A stretch of DNA of 64,000 nucleotides, counting the filler, from Lenisia limosa (lineage: Eukaryota > Protista > Breviatea), in the NCBI GenBank assembly GCA_001655205.1. It is 11 parts of 11 records of this genome, joined end to end, with 100 filler letters (N's around TTAATTAATTAA, not from the genome) between each part and the next. Parts side by side here need not be neighbours in the genome. Positions count along the whole stretch, not along the records: positions 45,947 to 55,175 come from LPNZ01004907.1; positions 55,276 to 60,801 come from LPNZ01008535.1; positions 60,902 to 62,581 come from LPNZ01007288.1; positions 62,682 to 64,000 come from LPNZ01009832.1; 7 more parts are not named here. One strand, given 5' to 3'. Positions 51,188-64,000 of the stretch are shown here, in pieces. How positions within the stretch are numbered: the stretch's first letter is position 1; every line of letters begins with the position of its first letter. The position numbers and the translations under genes are program-made. The notes beneath the pieces were generated by a model. It was not told the DNA's origin, did no database searches, and saw nothing but the letters and a program-made list of their open reading frames with translations.

Positions 51188-51748
51188 ACATTTAGTAAAG
51201 TAATATAATTTATTGCCAATCCTAGTTTTTTTTTTGAGTGCTTTGTTTTGATGAACTCAGAAAATAAAAAAACTGAACTGCTGCAGGTAGGCGCGAGTAT
51301 ATGTATTAATATGGGGTTAGGAAAGAGTTTGTTATGATGGTGCTAGGAAGAGAACGTTTTTCATTCTGGTTCCTTAAATATACTTTTGTTGTATTGTTTT
51401 CTCACCTCTCTTCTTTAACTCACATTACCCCATTGTGTTGTTCTCCCGACCTTATCCCCTTGAACTCTGGCGTCTCACTGTGAGACGATTCAGAATATTT
51501 CATAAGGATTTCCGCTTCATGAATGTGTTTGATGAAACTTCCAGGGAGGGGAGAACAACACAATGAACACATATCATCCGATACTTTTGATCAGCCTGAA
51601 CCCACATCTTCATCGTGAATTATCTGTTTGTCATCATGTTATCAATAAAAATAGAAAAATGAAACCAAAAAGGAGAAGTTGAATAAATAAACATATATAT
51701 AGTATATACACATTAATATATACAATCGCACGATGTTAATTTTAACTC

Positions 51749-54700
51749 TCAAGTCTGGGTGTCTGCTGTGGAATCACCGACAGTTGGGCTATTGTCACTA
51801 GCGGCGGCAGGAACAATGGCACTAAGTTGCTGATGTCCATTTTCACTGGAAAGAGTTATTGAGAAAGCATGAGTAGGAGGAATGTCATCCCCCTCGAATT
51901 TCATAGCACCTTTTGCTTCTATCTTTCTAAAATGCATTCAATGAAGTCCAAGTCCAAATGAAACATGCAAATTGTCACTCACTTAGAAAGCATCCCCTCA
52001 AAAACTTCAACGTACTTAGTATTCATTTGTTTGTTTTTACACCAAAAGCAAATAAATGCCGCACCAACGCCGCCACTAACAACGGTAGCGGTAGCAAAAA
52101 CTAAAAAGGAACAGGTTAGTTTTGCCACTGTTCATTAAATACGATATGTATGTGGATATTGTATATCACGTAGCTATATGATGTTATATAATTGCCCTGC
52201 TATTATCTCTATTGAGAAAATGTCTTGACAGATGACCCACCAATTGTTAAAAAAGAGTGACTATCTTCAGGAGAATCGACATCAACACCGCTATCCTCGT
52301 TTTGACTTTCGAGTCCTTGGTTTGAAGACGAAGATGGTTCTACAAAAGGAAGATTTGACAACCTTCCATTCAAGACATTGGCTGGGACACATATAGAGCA
52401 ATTTCAAATAATGACTGTCTGGATATACCACATTAATACAATAAGACGTTTACTATGATATGAGTAAATCTGATACTGTGATAATGAATGACATTGGCGC
52501 ACCAAGAGAGAAGGGGAATCCTTGTACGCGAACAAATTGTTTTGACTTCAAATTGTAAGGACCATCAGTTACAGAAGTAGGATACTAATAGATGAAGATA
52601 AATAATACCCTTTAACGTATTTTCAAAAGGAAAAATGGAAACCAAGAGGTTAAAATGGGGCAGAAAGAGACCCAAATATCCAGACAAGTTGAAATAAATA
52701 TTTCACAATAGACTCTACAAACACTTGTATTGACGATTGATGAATTGAACTTTGTGTGAACAAAGATGAACTGCTCTTCTTTTTTAATTTTAAGGGCTGT
52801 CACAAGTTCATCACTGGGGTAAATCGAAACCATATTTGGACAATCGACTTTTGAATTCTCCGAACAGGCTTTGGACATTGTTACGTTTGGGAAAAGCGCT
52901 CCGAAAGTTGAATTCCAAATCTAAAAAAATAAGTTGATGAATCAAATGAACATTTCTCCTGAGATCAAATACAACTCTTCGCAACAATGAATCAGGATTA
53001 CCAAAGGCCACTCCCTCAAATGAAAGAGACATGGTTTAATTCAATAATTGTCATGCTTTAATGATGATACATATTTGAGCTAGTTTCCAGGTGACAGACC
53101 GGAATGAGATTCTGGTTTGAACCAAACGACATCGAAAACTCAGTAACTTCCGAGACGGTAGAGAACGCTGTAAAGCATGCGTTAGGGAAAATAGGTGACG
53201 TATCGAAAAAGATATTAGAGAATGTTCAAACAAATTTTACTAAATTTTTAAATCACCAAACAAAAACAAAGAATTAAACCGAGATTGGAACGGTCAGGAG
53301 AGGTACTTTAAACTAAATCGCTTTGCCTTTTGTGATATTTCCAAGTGATGTATAAAATTAGCCTGGCACCCTTTGATAACATCACCCCAGTGACCCTTGT
53401 GGTCAGAGGAGCAAGCTCCGTGTGTCACGTCATATTTTTCATTCCAACCTCGTTTAAAGTGGTAATCAGCAGCCCTTAGGGCAAAATAAAATCAAGTAAA
53501 GATCATGACTTACGTCGATCGCAGAAGGTCTTAATTGTAAAAGTGCAGCTTGAGTTCTTAAACCAAACGTCTTCATCGAAGTTTGACATTGAATACACAG
53601 GCCAACGAATCCCTGCTATTTTTACTGGCTGTCGCCTAAATAATGAAACACTTGAAACCGGAATCAACTGCATATAACGTTTATAATTTTTCAGAAGAAT
53701 TTTACCGGCCATGTGTAATATTACCGACCAAAGGGAAAACAACTGTTACTTTGACTGCTATTATCATTGCTTCGGTAGTCGTTTAAAATTTTCAGTAAAG
53801 TTCTGGTATGCCAAACTTTTACAGTTGATCTCTAGAACTTAAAGCTTAAGAAGTTGTAAAGAATACACAGGAAACTTACTCCATAGGAACAGTGATGGTC
53901 ATGGTTTTGTTACCCAGTTCAATTGAAAAGGCGGGGTAAACTGTCTGGGTTGCAAGGAAGGAGTCAAGCTAAATCGTTAGTTCAGATTTCAGAGACAACA
54001 GGAAAAGCGAGCAATTGAAACTCCAAAACACAACTTAAGGAACAAAATCAAAAGAAACGCATAATTCCAAGTCAAAATAGCGTAAATATGTCATGGATCA
54101 AGATCAAAACAAAAATAACAAGCACGAGCCAGCCTATTTCGCGACATAGATCCCTTGGGTGATGTAATCAAATGAGTCAGCTATGAATGAAAACTTCCCT
54201 CTAATTATTTTTTAAAATAGACTATAATATCATATCATATGATATTTAAAACCAACTATAAGTCATTGGAAGGAGGCATACATACATAACATTAAAAGGT
54301 TGATTATCATTGAAATCTCAGTGTTTACAGAGTACAACAATTCTTACATAGACTGTTAGGTCAAAGTATTGTATCAAGCTATCGCTTTCATAAATTGTTC
54401 GGTTAAGAACAAGGTCATATGGTCGGCCATTCTTGAAGACATAACTTTCTTCCTAAAGAAAATTAAATGGGATCTAAATTTACAAGCTTGAGAGTGATGG
54501 TAGTCATCTATTATGCTTGGAATTATCAAGTACGAGAAGCATTATTAGACTAGTAGACAGGTATCTTACCCGTTCAAAATTAACGTCAAAGTCAACAGGC
54601 AGCGCATATCGGCTTTGAGGGCTAATAACCTGGAGCAAATGAAGAAAGTAGCCTGAAACATGGCATCATCGACATAAAAAGGTCAATGGTAGTATTTAAA

Positions 54701-55906
54701 ATCAGAGTTACGGGTATTTTTTTTCTGTTACCAACTGAAATTTGCTGCTTCGTATAGTCTTCACCAATGTAAATTCCTGGTAGATTACCGACCTAAAAAA
54801 TTAGAAAATTAAAGAGAATTCGGTGATATTAAATATCAATAAAATAAGATGGAATGTTCCATTGTAAGACTTTGTTTGGTGATGGGACTCACCACAACAC
54901 CCATTTCAGCTCTCAAGTTAATATCATCTGGTGGAGACTCGGGAATAGAAAAAGCAGCGTCGATGTCCAAATCTTCTGAAAGGAATCAATGAGTTTGGAA
55001 CTTGTATCGTAATTATATAATCAAGTTCATAAAGTGCGTCACAGACGGGAAACGATCTTGTCCCTTACACTTGAATAATAGTCCTACCAATTTTCAAAAC
55101 CGCATGCGTGTCAATCTAGTTGAATTAGAGTAACCGATTCCCCAATATGCACAGTATATGATATCAACATATTGTNNNNNNNNNNNNNNNNNNNNNNNNN
55201 NNNNNNNNNNNNNNNNNNNTTAATTAATTAANNNNNNNNNNNNNNNNNNNNNNNNNNNNNNNNNNNNNNNNNNNNTAAATATGATATCACACTATCTGAA
55301 GGGCTTCAGCCAGAAATAACCTTATTTTATTTTAGAGCTTCCCTTTCAGTTCCAAAAAAGACTGAATTTTCAACAAATCCTCGAAAAATATCGATATTTT
55401 ACAGGTGTTTCGGAACCGGAAGTGAAGCTCCATTTTATTTCTCATCTCCATTACAGTATAATTACATGTATGTTATATGATTTCCGGCGACTACCCTAGA
55501 CCCACAAGCTAGTGCACCCGTGAGCATTTTGTTGGCAGATGTAAAGGCGAAGTATCGGCTGGAGTTGGGAAGAAACATGTCCCATTTCTCCAAAATCTGG
55601 GGGGGGGGGGGNNNNNNNNNNNNNNNNNNNNNNNNNNNNNNNNNNNNNNNNNNNNNNNNNNNNNNNNNNNNNNNNNNNNNNNNNNNNNNNNNNNNNNNNN
55701 NNNNNNNNNNNNNNNNNNNNNNNNNNNNNNNNNNNNNNNNNNNNNNNNNNNNNNNNNNNNNNNNNNNNNNNNNNNNNNNNNNNNNNNNNNNNNNNNNNNN
55801 NNNNNNNNNNNNNNNNNNNNNNNNNNNNNNNNNNNNNNNNNNNNNNTGAGAAACATATAAGGGTTAAAAACAACAAAATGAAGGAAGCCCAGGCCGCAGC
55901 ACTCAT
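51749..55906 (-). CDS. Orphan type I membrane protein (signal peptide, about 15 exons, C-terminal TM and short tail)
   Basis: MSAAAWASFILLFLTLICFS start. Exons EDLDIDAAFSIPESPPDDINLRAEMGVV, VGNLPGIYIGEDYTKQQISV, LDSFLATQTVYPAFSIELGNK, a Ser/acidic stalk, TM-like FATATVVSGGVGAAFICF, and a last exon ending ...STADTQT* at 51749. Confidence 0.65.
55333..55432. mobile_element. MITE family A copy with mixed-type ends
   Basis: Left end TAGAGCTTCCCTTTCAG (CTTCCCT type); right end GGAACCGGAAGTGAAGCTC (CTTCACTT type). Confidence 0.75.
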
Positions 55907-56029
55907 ACTAGACTAGTGCTCATACATTGCAGCGAACTGACTTGGAATTTCCATAAAAAAGTATAATTACATGTATATATGGAAGTCCGAATAGATTTAT
56001 GAAATTCCAGATATTTTAATTCCGCATAT

Positions 56030-56116
56030 TAAGGGCTTCACTTCGGTTCGACAAAAGACTAAATTTCTCGATAAATCCTCGAAAACGATATTTTCCCAAA
56101 TTGAAGTGAAGTCCCC
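56030..56116. mobile_element. MITE family A copy
   Basis: TAAGGGCTTCACTTCGGTTCGACAAAAGAC...GAAGTGAAGTCCC. Confidence 0.8.
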
Positions 56117-56169
56117 ATTCTAGTGTTTTTAGTCATTTCCATAAGTGTGAACAATCATTTTCCATGCAA

Positions 56170-59100
56170 TTATTGATAAGTTTCCCGTACCAGTGTTTTG
56201 AGTTCCTTGGTGGAGGCAATGGTAGTGAGACACATGAGGGCAGCCATCCTTACGCGGCCGGGCGTGGGTCTATGAATGTTAGACATGGGGTTGGTATTTG
56301 AAAGTTGTTTGATATGGGTTGTCGAGATAGTTAGATATATGGGTCTAAGATTTTGCATTTTTAATAAGAACTGTTGGCCTATAGGAGGCCTAAAGATATG
56401 GAGGTCTTGATAAGTCAGTTACCCCCCCCCCCCCCNNNNNNNNNNNNNNNNNNNNNNNNNNNNNNNNNNNNNNNNNNNNNNNNNNNNNNNNNNNNNNNNN
56501 NNNNNNNNNNNNNNNNNNNNNNNNNNNNNNNNNNNNNNNNNNNNNNNNNNNNNNNNNNNNNNNNGCTTCCCTACGGTCCGAAAAAGACAACTAAAATATC
56601 GTATATTCAGTCTTTTTGGGACCGTAGGGAAGCCTTAAATATTACCCATATAAAAATACCCCCACTTGTGCCGGAGCCGAGCCGCGCCGCCATCTGTTTC
56701 GCTCAGGTCCGAATCGGACAATGACGTGTCACCCTTGCCGCTTCCGAAGGACGTTGACCGAGGGAAAGGTCTGTGACCGGCGCGGAGTCCGTAGATCACT
56801 AGATCACTGGGGGGTGAGTCATACATATAGTACATGTATCATGTAAAAATATATATCATATAAAATGCAGTTGCAATATGTTTATCATATCATATACAAT
56901 GCACATATAATATAAGATTACTAGATCACGGGGGGCTACTAATATATGATTATATGATATCTATAGAGTATATTACCCCCCCCCCCCAGANNNNNNNNNN
57001 NNNNNNNNNNNNNNNNNNNNNNNNNNNNNNNNNNNNNNNNNNNNNNNNNNNNNNNNNNNNNNNNNNNNNNNNNNNNNNNNNNNNNNNNNNNNNNNNNNNN
57101 NNNNNNNNNNNNNNNNNNNNNNNNNNNNNNNNNNNNNNNNNNNNNNNNNNNNNNNNNNNNNNNNNNNNNNNNNNNNNNNNNNNNNNNNNNNNNNNNNNNN
57201 NNNNNNNNNNNNNNNNNNTCAACTATGGGGTGAAGAAAGAGTCAAAAAATGGGCATTAATGGCTGGCTTCATAGTGAATTAAAAACTGAATCATAACCCC
57301 AACAATCCTCAGGTAGTTTCATCTGTTATGAATGTGTGTTAATATTTGTATTTTTCTTTAATTGATAGTATCTATCATTTTGATCTTTAAAAACCATCGG
57401 GCCGCCAAACAAAGCGTATTATCACCCCCCTCCCCCTCTTATAAACTGCCAACACTCCCAACAAACTGTATAAAATGTCAATATCCTATGGATACTCTAC
57501 AACACTAATACCCAACACTCACCACCACCAGATGTAACTCCCTCCCCCCCTTATAAACTGTCAATGTCAATCAATAATCCCCCCCTCAATCCGTATCAAC
57601 TTTCATTACTCCAAACAAATTTCCGGGATCTTCACCCTCCTCCATTCAATCGATACTGCACCGCAACCCCCTTTATGGAATATCAATACCCCTAACAAAC
57701 CTCCGGCGCCTTCATCACACCAGCGGTAAGGGTGCTGACAATGAGACTGAACGTGGTGCGGCTGTGATTGTAGATCTAATTGTGGTGATCAATGAGACTG
57801 AACGTGGTGCGGCTGTGATTGTAGATCTGGTGATCAATCGATTAAAATTGCCATTAGGGCTTCACTTCGGTTCGAAAAAAAGACTGAATTTCTCGATAAA
57901 TCCTCGAAAACTATCGATATTTTACTGGTCTTTTTTGAACCGATCTGATAGTGGTAAGTGATGGGCGTATCATCCTAGCTTCAATTGAGGCTTCAACTAC
58001 AAAATGGTAGATACGTCTTGCTTTTTTTGTGAAAAGCCCTCATATATCTGGAATACTGATAATTGCTTGTCCATCCCTGGTGATTATTTGAATTGCCATG
58101 ACTGGAAGGTTCCTTTTCACCTCCAAAAAAGGCTATTATAGTATTATATCGTCATGTGTATCTAAAACTCTGAAGATTTCATGACAGCAAATCGCCCCCT
58201 TTTAACCTCAAATATGGCCTTTTTGTTGATAGTCCCCGAATGGTGCAGGAAAGGCTTCGGCCCTGTTTGGAGATGAGAAATAGAATAATACTGCCATATG
58301 ATACGTAGAGATGAGAAATAGAAACAGGTATTATTGATATACAATGTATAATATGTAGAGATAAAAAAAGGAGAATAAAACATGTAGAGATGAGAGAAAA
58401 AAAAAAAAACAAGGTTGTATCTGGCCGANNNNNNNNNNNNNNNNNNNNNNNNNNNNNNNNNNNNNNNNNNNNNAACAAATTAGCATAGTATATTAATTGT
58501 TCACTTTATCATTTGCCTTAATACTCTGTCCACATGGTGTAAGTGTGTTCCATGGTATCCCTACATAATATTCTCTATCATATTGGATTTATTTTTGTAT
58601 TATCTTGAAGCACATCTTTCAAAATCTTCGCCAAAGTGACCCCCTCAGCACCTATGTTGGTGATGATATGGCAGGCTGACACGAGCACGTGACTCGAAGA
58701 CAGCTCACTAGCGTTGCGGTCCTTTTGTGTTCTGTGCAGAATTAGATAACGATTACAGCAGCCAAAAACCTGGCTAGGTCGACGGACAAAGATGAATGTA
58801 ACCGAGCATGACTTGTGTGGTTTTGATCAATGTAATTTTTGTTAGGTATTATTATTGATATGTACGAGTACACACGTTTTGATATTCATTCATTTCAACA
58901 CTTAATCATAATTGTGTCAATACATTTCTTCAAAAAAGTAACCGGGGCTCTAAATATACTGTTGACAATGTAAATAACAAAAAAAAAAAGAGAAAATGGA
59001 AGATGATTTTTGGAAAGAGATGAGAAATGTTAAAAACTGTGATCATCCTGCTAAAACAACCTGCCACCTGAAAAGCGTGGTAACCAGCTCAATGCATCTT

Positions 59101-60790
59101 TTGGAGAGAGCAACAACCCCCATAGAATCCTCCTGGAACGTAAATTTCGAGAGAGCAAGAGTCATGATATGATATTATATAAAATTGAGAAATAAAAAAA
59201 CAAGGTTGTATTTTACCAAAGCCGTCCATACCATCACGCTAAGAGATATTGGATAATAGTATAATAATAATTCACCCAATCATTTGCCTTTCAACTCTGT
59301 GCACAGCTTTTTGCGGGAATGATAGAAATACAATATAAATAGACTCGGACCAGGTTTTGGACGAATCAAAGTGGAGAAGAGAATTCTGTGCAAATATCAT
59401 AGTTCTTTGATGATTTAATGGATCCATTATTAGTGTGTTTCGTCTGTCCCCCCTTTTTGTAGTCTTATGGGTTTTCATCCGACACTATATGGTTAATGTT
59501 GGAAGTAGAATAGAAAGAGGGGGGACAGAAGGAGAGAATAAGGAGGAGAGAAATGGAGAGAGAGGGAGAGAGATTTAGATATCAGTAGTATAATCATACC
59601 GAAGTGGTGACAAGGTTGCAAAGGCCGTATACCAGAGAGCTGAGTGCGCATAACCCTTCAAGGCCAATCTGCAGGGTGTGATGAGGGTTATAATACGTTG
59701 ATGATGTGGTAAGATGTAAGACCAATCTGGAGGGTTTAAATAACGTATTCTAGGAGTGTGGGGGCGAAGGTATGGTAATTTACTTTTGGTATCCATATAT
59801 ACTTATTTCCCCTAGATTTTTAATGTATTACTTCTCTTGTTCAAAAAAAGGATATACCACATCAACCGCTCACAGCCATGGCCTGTCCCTCCTCCAATTC
59901 CGGTGCTTCAGACTGCCGAGGGCCTCGTCGCCTCCTGAAAGTGAGAATATAGCAGGGTTGTATCTGATCATAGACGTCCCATGCACATGTATTTATATAT
60001 TAGATAAAACGTAACAGAGCGCTTTGTATATGATATGATATGGGTACGACGACCTGGTCACCTGTTTTGTGACTTCTGCGGAGGGCCTATGATATACTGA
60101 GCAGTGCCGAGGGCCATTAAAATGAGCGGTTCGAGATCGGAAAAGGGCAGCGCCTGGGTATATTAGAAAACTGGTTTAGAAGATTGGTTATATACTGGGA
60201 ATGGAATATACATTATGTGACATATGGGATTCCCAGTGGTACATTAGAAGACTGGTGGATATCCTGATGAAACACCTATATGACATAGGGCTTCCCTGTG
60301 GTGAATAATTATCATGGTTATATATGATATAGTAGATTACTACATAGAAAAAGCTATATGACTTCCACTGGTCCCACAAAAACAGCATTTCACGATAAAT
60401 ACTATGCGACGAATATCGATGTTTTACCGGTCCCGGATGGAAGCCCAATGTTTACCACACTGGTGCACTATTATGGGTATGTAAGACGAATGGTGGTCCT
60501 TGCTATCCTTATACCCCTCCAGCATCTTGTTGTTATCCTTGGCAACCCTTATTGTTTGGTAGCTATATAAGCATTATCAAATACACCCATACTGTCACCA
60601 CACTAACCCGGCAAAAGCGATTCACTATTTCCAAAATCCAAACTAAGCCACAGGGCTGCCACCCACATCCTTGTTATCCTTCAGCGCCTTGTCAACACAA
60701 GCACACGCAGCGCCGGCGATGGCAATCGACTGCAAAACTGTGTTGTTCTTACTAAGTCGGACCAGAGAGGGCAGGAGGGCCTGTCAAGTA
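56170..60790 (-). CDS. Orphan multi-exon protein, helical (ARM/HEAT-like composition); 5' end beyond a linker gap
   Basis: Minus-strand GT-AG exons ALLPSLVRLSKNNTVLQSIAIAGAACACVDKALKDNKD, ALPFSDLEPLILMALG, IGLEGLCALSSLVYGLCNLVTT, FQEDSMGVVALSKRCIELVTTLF and VLVSACHIITNIGAEGVTLAKIL. Last exon ends ...TKELKTLVRETYQ*. Confidence 0.5.
56565..56637. mobile_element. MITE family A copy, CTTCCCTACGG subfamily, short
   Basis: GCTTCCCTACGGTCCGAAAAAGAC...GTCTTTTTGGGACCGTAGGGAAGCCTTA, a near-perfect hairpin. Confidence 0.85.
57738..57838 (+). repeat. Local direct duplication (~39-bp core, two copies)
   Basis: CAATGAGACTGAACGTGGTGCGGCTGTGATTGTAGATCT occurs twice, 51 bp apart. Confidence 0.85.
57855..57942. 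mobile_element. MITE family A copy closest to consensus; right end truncated
   Basis: TAGGGCTTCACTTCGGTTCGAAAAAAAGACTGAATTTCTCGATAAATCCTCGAAAACTATCGATATTTTACTGGTCTTTTTTGAACCGA. Confidence 0.85.
59186..59304 (-). mobile_element. Repeat family C copy
   Basis: Reverse complement reads GTGCACAGAGTTGAAAGGCAAATGATTGGGTGAATT...TGATGGTATGGACGGCTTTGGTAAAATACAACCTTGTTTTTTTATTTCTCA. Confidence 0.8.
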
Positions 60791-61021
60791 AGACAAGGGG
60801 GNNNNNNNNNNNNNNNNNNNNNNNNNNNNNNNNNNNNNNNNNNNNTTAATTAATTAANNNNNNNNNNNNNNNNNNNNNNNNNNNNNNNNNNNNNNNNNNN
60901 NAACCGAATAATCCGGAACCCCAAATAAACGAAAAAAAACAAAAAAAAACAAGAGGGGTTAGAAGGAATATGATCTCGTTTACAAAAAAAGCCTAAAAGA
61001 GTTGCATTGCATGTACTATGT

Positions 61022-61120
61022 TGGACTTCCCTACGGTTCGAAAAATACCGATAAAGTATTGATGTTTATCGAGGATTTATCGAGAAATTCGGTCTTTTTT
61101 GGGACCATAGGGAAGCCTTA
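61022..61120. mobile_element. MITE family A copy, CTTCCCTACGG subfamily
   Basis: GGACTTCCCTACGGTTCGAAAAATACC...GGTCTTTTTTGGGACCATAGGGAAGCCTTA. Confidence 0.8.
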
Positions 61121-61189
61121 GTTCTATGTGAATGTATGTTCACCCATATCAATGAAATGGAAAATATGAAAGGCCTTTCCTCCGTAACA

Positions 61190-62225
61190 CTGAGTGCTGG
61201 TGAGCAGGAAAAAATGTCGGGGTGTTCCGGTTTTTGTGCAACGTCATCCTCAACGTTCCAAAAAAGACCAGTGAAATATCGATATTAATCGAGACTTTAT
61301 TGAGAAATTCCGACTTTTTCCGGACCGTAGAAGCCCTAACATATGATATGCTTATGCGCACCTTTAGGACAGAGACAGTGGTTGTTGATGTGCAGCATGC
61401 CCTCCGAACATGTGCAGTTGAGCTCTGTGGTAGACCCAACCTGGGAGAGTAACAATGAAACAAAACAAAGTGAAACGCTAATTAAGAAACAAAACACGAA
61501 CCAAATTTCAATGAAGAGGGGGAGGCTCAAACCCCCCCCCCCNNNNNNNNNNNNNNNNNNNNNNNNNNNNNNNNNNNNNNNNNNNNNNNNNNNNNNNNNN
61601 NNNNNNNNNNNNNNNNNNNNNNNNNNNNNNNNNNNNNNNNNNATCATAAGGAACACTGTTTTGCTGAAGGGTCATTCTATATGGGATATAGTTTTGATTT
61701 CACAACTGTGAAATATCGATATTAAACCAGACTTTATTGAGAAAACCATTGAATGGAGCTAACAACACACATATGATCTTTAAATCATTGAATATAGCTA
61801 GGTACATGTATTCTTTACAACCACCACCTCCCACAGTGTAAGTCGTTCCATACTCTCCGCCGATTTGACAGGGTTCACAGAGGCCAAGTCCAGTGACTGT
61901 TCGGTGAGCGGAGTAATTATGGAATATGCATATGCACTAAATCAAACAAAAAAAAAACATAGGGGTGAAGCAATGGGAAATATATGATTCAAAAATAAAA
62001 ACCCAGAATCAAGTTTGTCTCATTTCCGTTGTAAGTTCTGGCACCTTACCAAAACAGCTAAGGGACCAATTAACATAATAAAAGAAAACCCCGTACAATA
62101 GATCAGGAAAGCAGAAATAAGCCATAAAATCGCACATTATAAATTTCCAAGCCCACCATTCTTGAAGTTGCCAAGAGCACAAGGCAGGCACATAGCTAGG
62201 CCTGCGTCGTAGTACATGCCGATAC
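61190..62225 (-). CDS. Fragment of a Cys-rich repeat protein gene (between two linker gaps)
   Basis: Exons IGMYYDAGLAMCLPCALGNFKN, VTGLGLCEPCQIGG and VGSTTELNCTCSEGMLHINNHCLCPK. Confidence 0.55.
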
Positions 62226-62789
62226 TAATGGGTCAGTCAAGTTTGCAACACTGTATGGATCTGCAGACAGAGAGGTGAAAAATAATAATGGGTTGGTTGG
62301 ATTTGGTCACACCATCACGCTTATAAGATATATTGGAAGAGGGCAAGGATTCCAATGTACTGTCAGGATTGGGGGACGGGGCGGCAATATGGTTACCTAT
62401 CTTTACGATCCCTATGCTATGCATATCAAATTGTTTCCCAAGATCTTTATGTATTAACATATAGTACTACATTTTCTTGTTCCCCAATACTACAATACAA
62501 GGACTCCAATATAATGATTTCAATACCAAATGGTAACAATTCATAAAGTATGACTATCCCCCCCCCCCCGGATCCCGGCGCNNNNNNNNNNNNNNNNNNN
62601 NNNNNNNNNNNNNNNNNNNNNNNNNTTAATTAATTAANNNNNNNNNNNNNNNNNNNNNNNNNNNNNNNNNNNNNNNNNNNNCTTCAAGCCTGTTCACTTT
62701 GATATCTTCTTCAAGCCTGTTCACTTTGATGTCTTCTTCAAACCTGTCACTTATCTTCTTTATTCCCATTAACCTCCCGCCCCATGTTT

Positions 62790-63960
62790 CTCAGTATCAA
62801 TTAACCACGCGCTTAGGAACGACGTTCTCAGTTTAGTGGCCGTCAACGCTATCAAACAAGAGGACCTTGATTTTGCCATGACCCAAACGGGAAGAGTCCG
62901 ACTTAATCTGCTTGAACAGCTGAGACTTCGATACTGGCCCAGTGCTGTAGGGGGGTCAAGTAAAGGTTCCAAACTAAGATACAACATCACTTGGTTTTAA
63001 AAAAAAGACCGAATTTTCAATAAATCTTCCATATTAATCATTCCTTTAGCCCGCAATTATCTCAACGGACAACCCTCGCCCCTCAAAGAAGCACAATTTC
63101 GGTAAGAGCCACAGTTACAGTTGGTGTAAAGCTACAATATGATTATCGTTAAATGTGGAATACATAGTGAGTATCTGACCAGAGTCACCAAAACCATCAC
63201 GTTTCACTGCAGTATTGATTGTAGTATTATTATGCTGGGAAGTCACGCAGAAAGCTGAGTGTACAGAGTTGTAAGGCAAATGATTGGGTAAATTATTATT
63301 CTATAATCCAATATCTCTTATAGGCATGATGGTATGGACGGCTTCGGCCAGATACAGCCTTATTTTTTATTTCTCATCATTGCTGTAATTATTTTGTTTG
63401 CTTCAGATATGAAGGGGTTTCTTCATCCCATGTAGTACAATTAAATGTGAAATGTTGTTTTCCGATTCTTAAGATGAGAAATATTGTCATTTACTTTTTT
63501 AAATGTGAACGATTGCCCTAACACTTCCAAATGAAATATTTTCCTGGAATGTCCCGTAACACTTCCAAATGAAATATTNNNNNNNNNNNNNNNNNNNNNN
63601 NNNNNNNNNNNNNNNNNNNNNNNNNNNNNNNNNNNNNNNNNNNNNNNNNNNNNNNNNNNNNNNNNNNNNNNNNNNNNNNNNNNNNNNNNNNNNNNNNNNN
63701 NNNNNNNNNNNNNNNNNNNNNNNNNNNNNNNNNNNNNNNNNNNNNNNNNNNNNNNNNNNNNNNNNNNNNNNNNNNNNNNNNNNNNNNNNNNNNNNNNNNN
63801 NNNNNNNNNNNNNNNNNNNNNNTATTAGTGTTGCTGTCATCTTTTGTTGTATTTGTGTTTTATTGTTAGTTTTCTTATTTTGTGAATAAAAATTTCAAAT
63901 GTTGACCCTTCAGGCCCCTCGATGCACCACCCTTTTGGTTGACGCCTGCACCCAGCTGAA
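62790..63960 (+). CDS. Partial gene, unknown product
   Basis: AG/GT-bounded GC-richer exons: SINHALRNDVLSLVAVNAIKQEDLDFAMTQTGRVRLNLLEQLRLRYWPSA (62790-62945), ~63050-63100 and ~63915-63960. Confidence 0.45.
63261..63378 (+). mobile_element. Repeat family C copy
   Basis: GTACAGAGTTGTAAGGCAAATGATTGGGT...TGATGGTATGGACGGCTTCGGCCAGATACAGCCTTATTTTTTATTTCTCATC. Confidence 0.8.
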
Positions 63961-64000
63961 GTCTCAAGGACACAGCAATATCACACTTGTTTGAAGGGGG

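Noticed and set aside
62160-62265. Apparent in-frame TGA (62233-62235, minus strand) in 'CCKLD*PISIGMYY', suggesting Cys or Sec recoding
   Set aside because: The TGA is part of a CTGAC branch-point-like motif just upstream of a CATTAG acceptor, so it is intronic.

Overview
AT-rich, very intron-dense eukaryotic DNA from a fragmented draft scaffold, probably a unicellular eukaryote; the organism cannot be assigned from sequence alone. The supplied ORF track is mostly uninformative because exons are short (about 20-250 nt), so the gene models below were assembled by hand from GT-AG exons and their boundaries are approximate. Recognisable genes: (1) a 5'-partial RNB exoribonuclease + Upf1-like SF1B helicase fusion with HELZ2-like architecture (297-15104, +); (2) HBS1 translational GTPase (26472 to at least 34252, +, cut by a gap); (3) cyclophilin B (49193-51019, -); (4) tRNA-Asn(GTT) (51115-51187, -). 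The remaining genes are mostly orphan secreted or surface proteins: a DUF1565/beta-helix-like + FN3-like protein, a single-pass GPS-motif protein, and several Cys-rich repeat proteins. Introns carry at least five short interspersed repeat families. The dominant one is a ~100-bp TA-flanked hairpin MITE with about 20 or more recognisable copies. Many introns begin with G-runs and several end with C-runs. The N...TTAATTAATTAA...N blocks are assembly linkers. No CRISPR array, rRNA or autonomous transposase was recognised.
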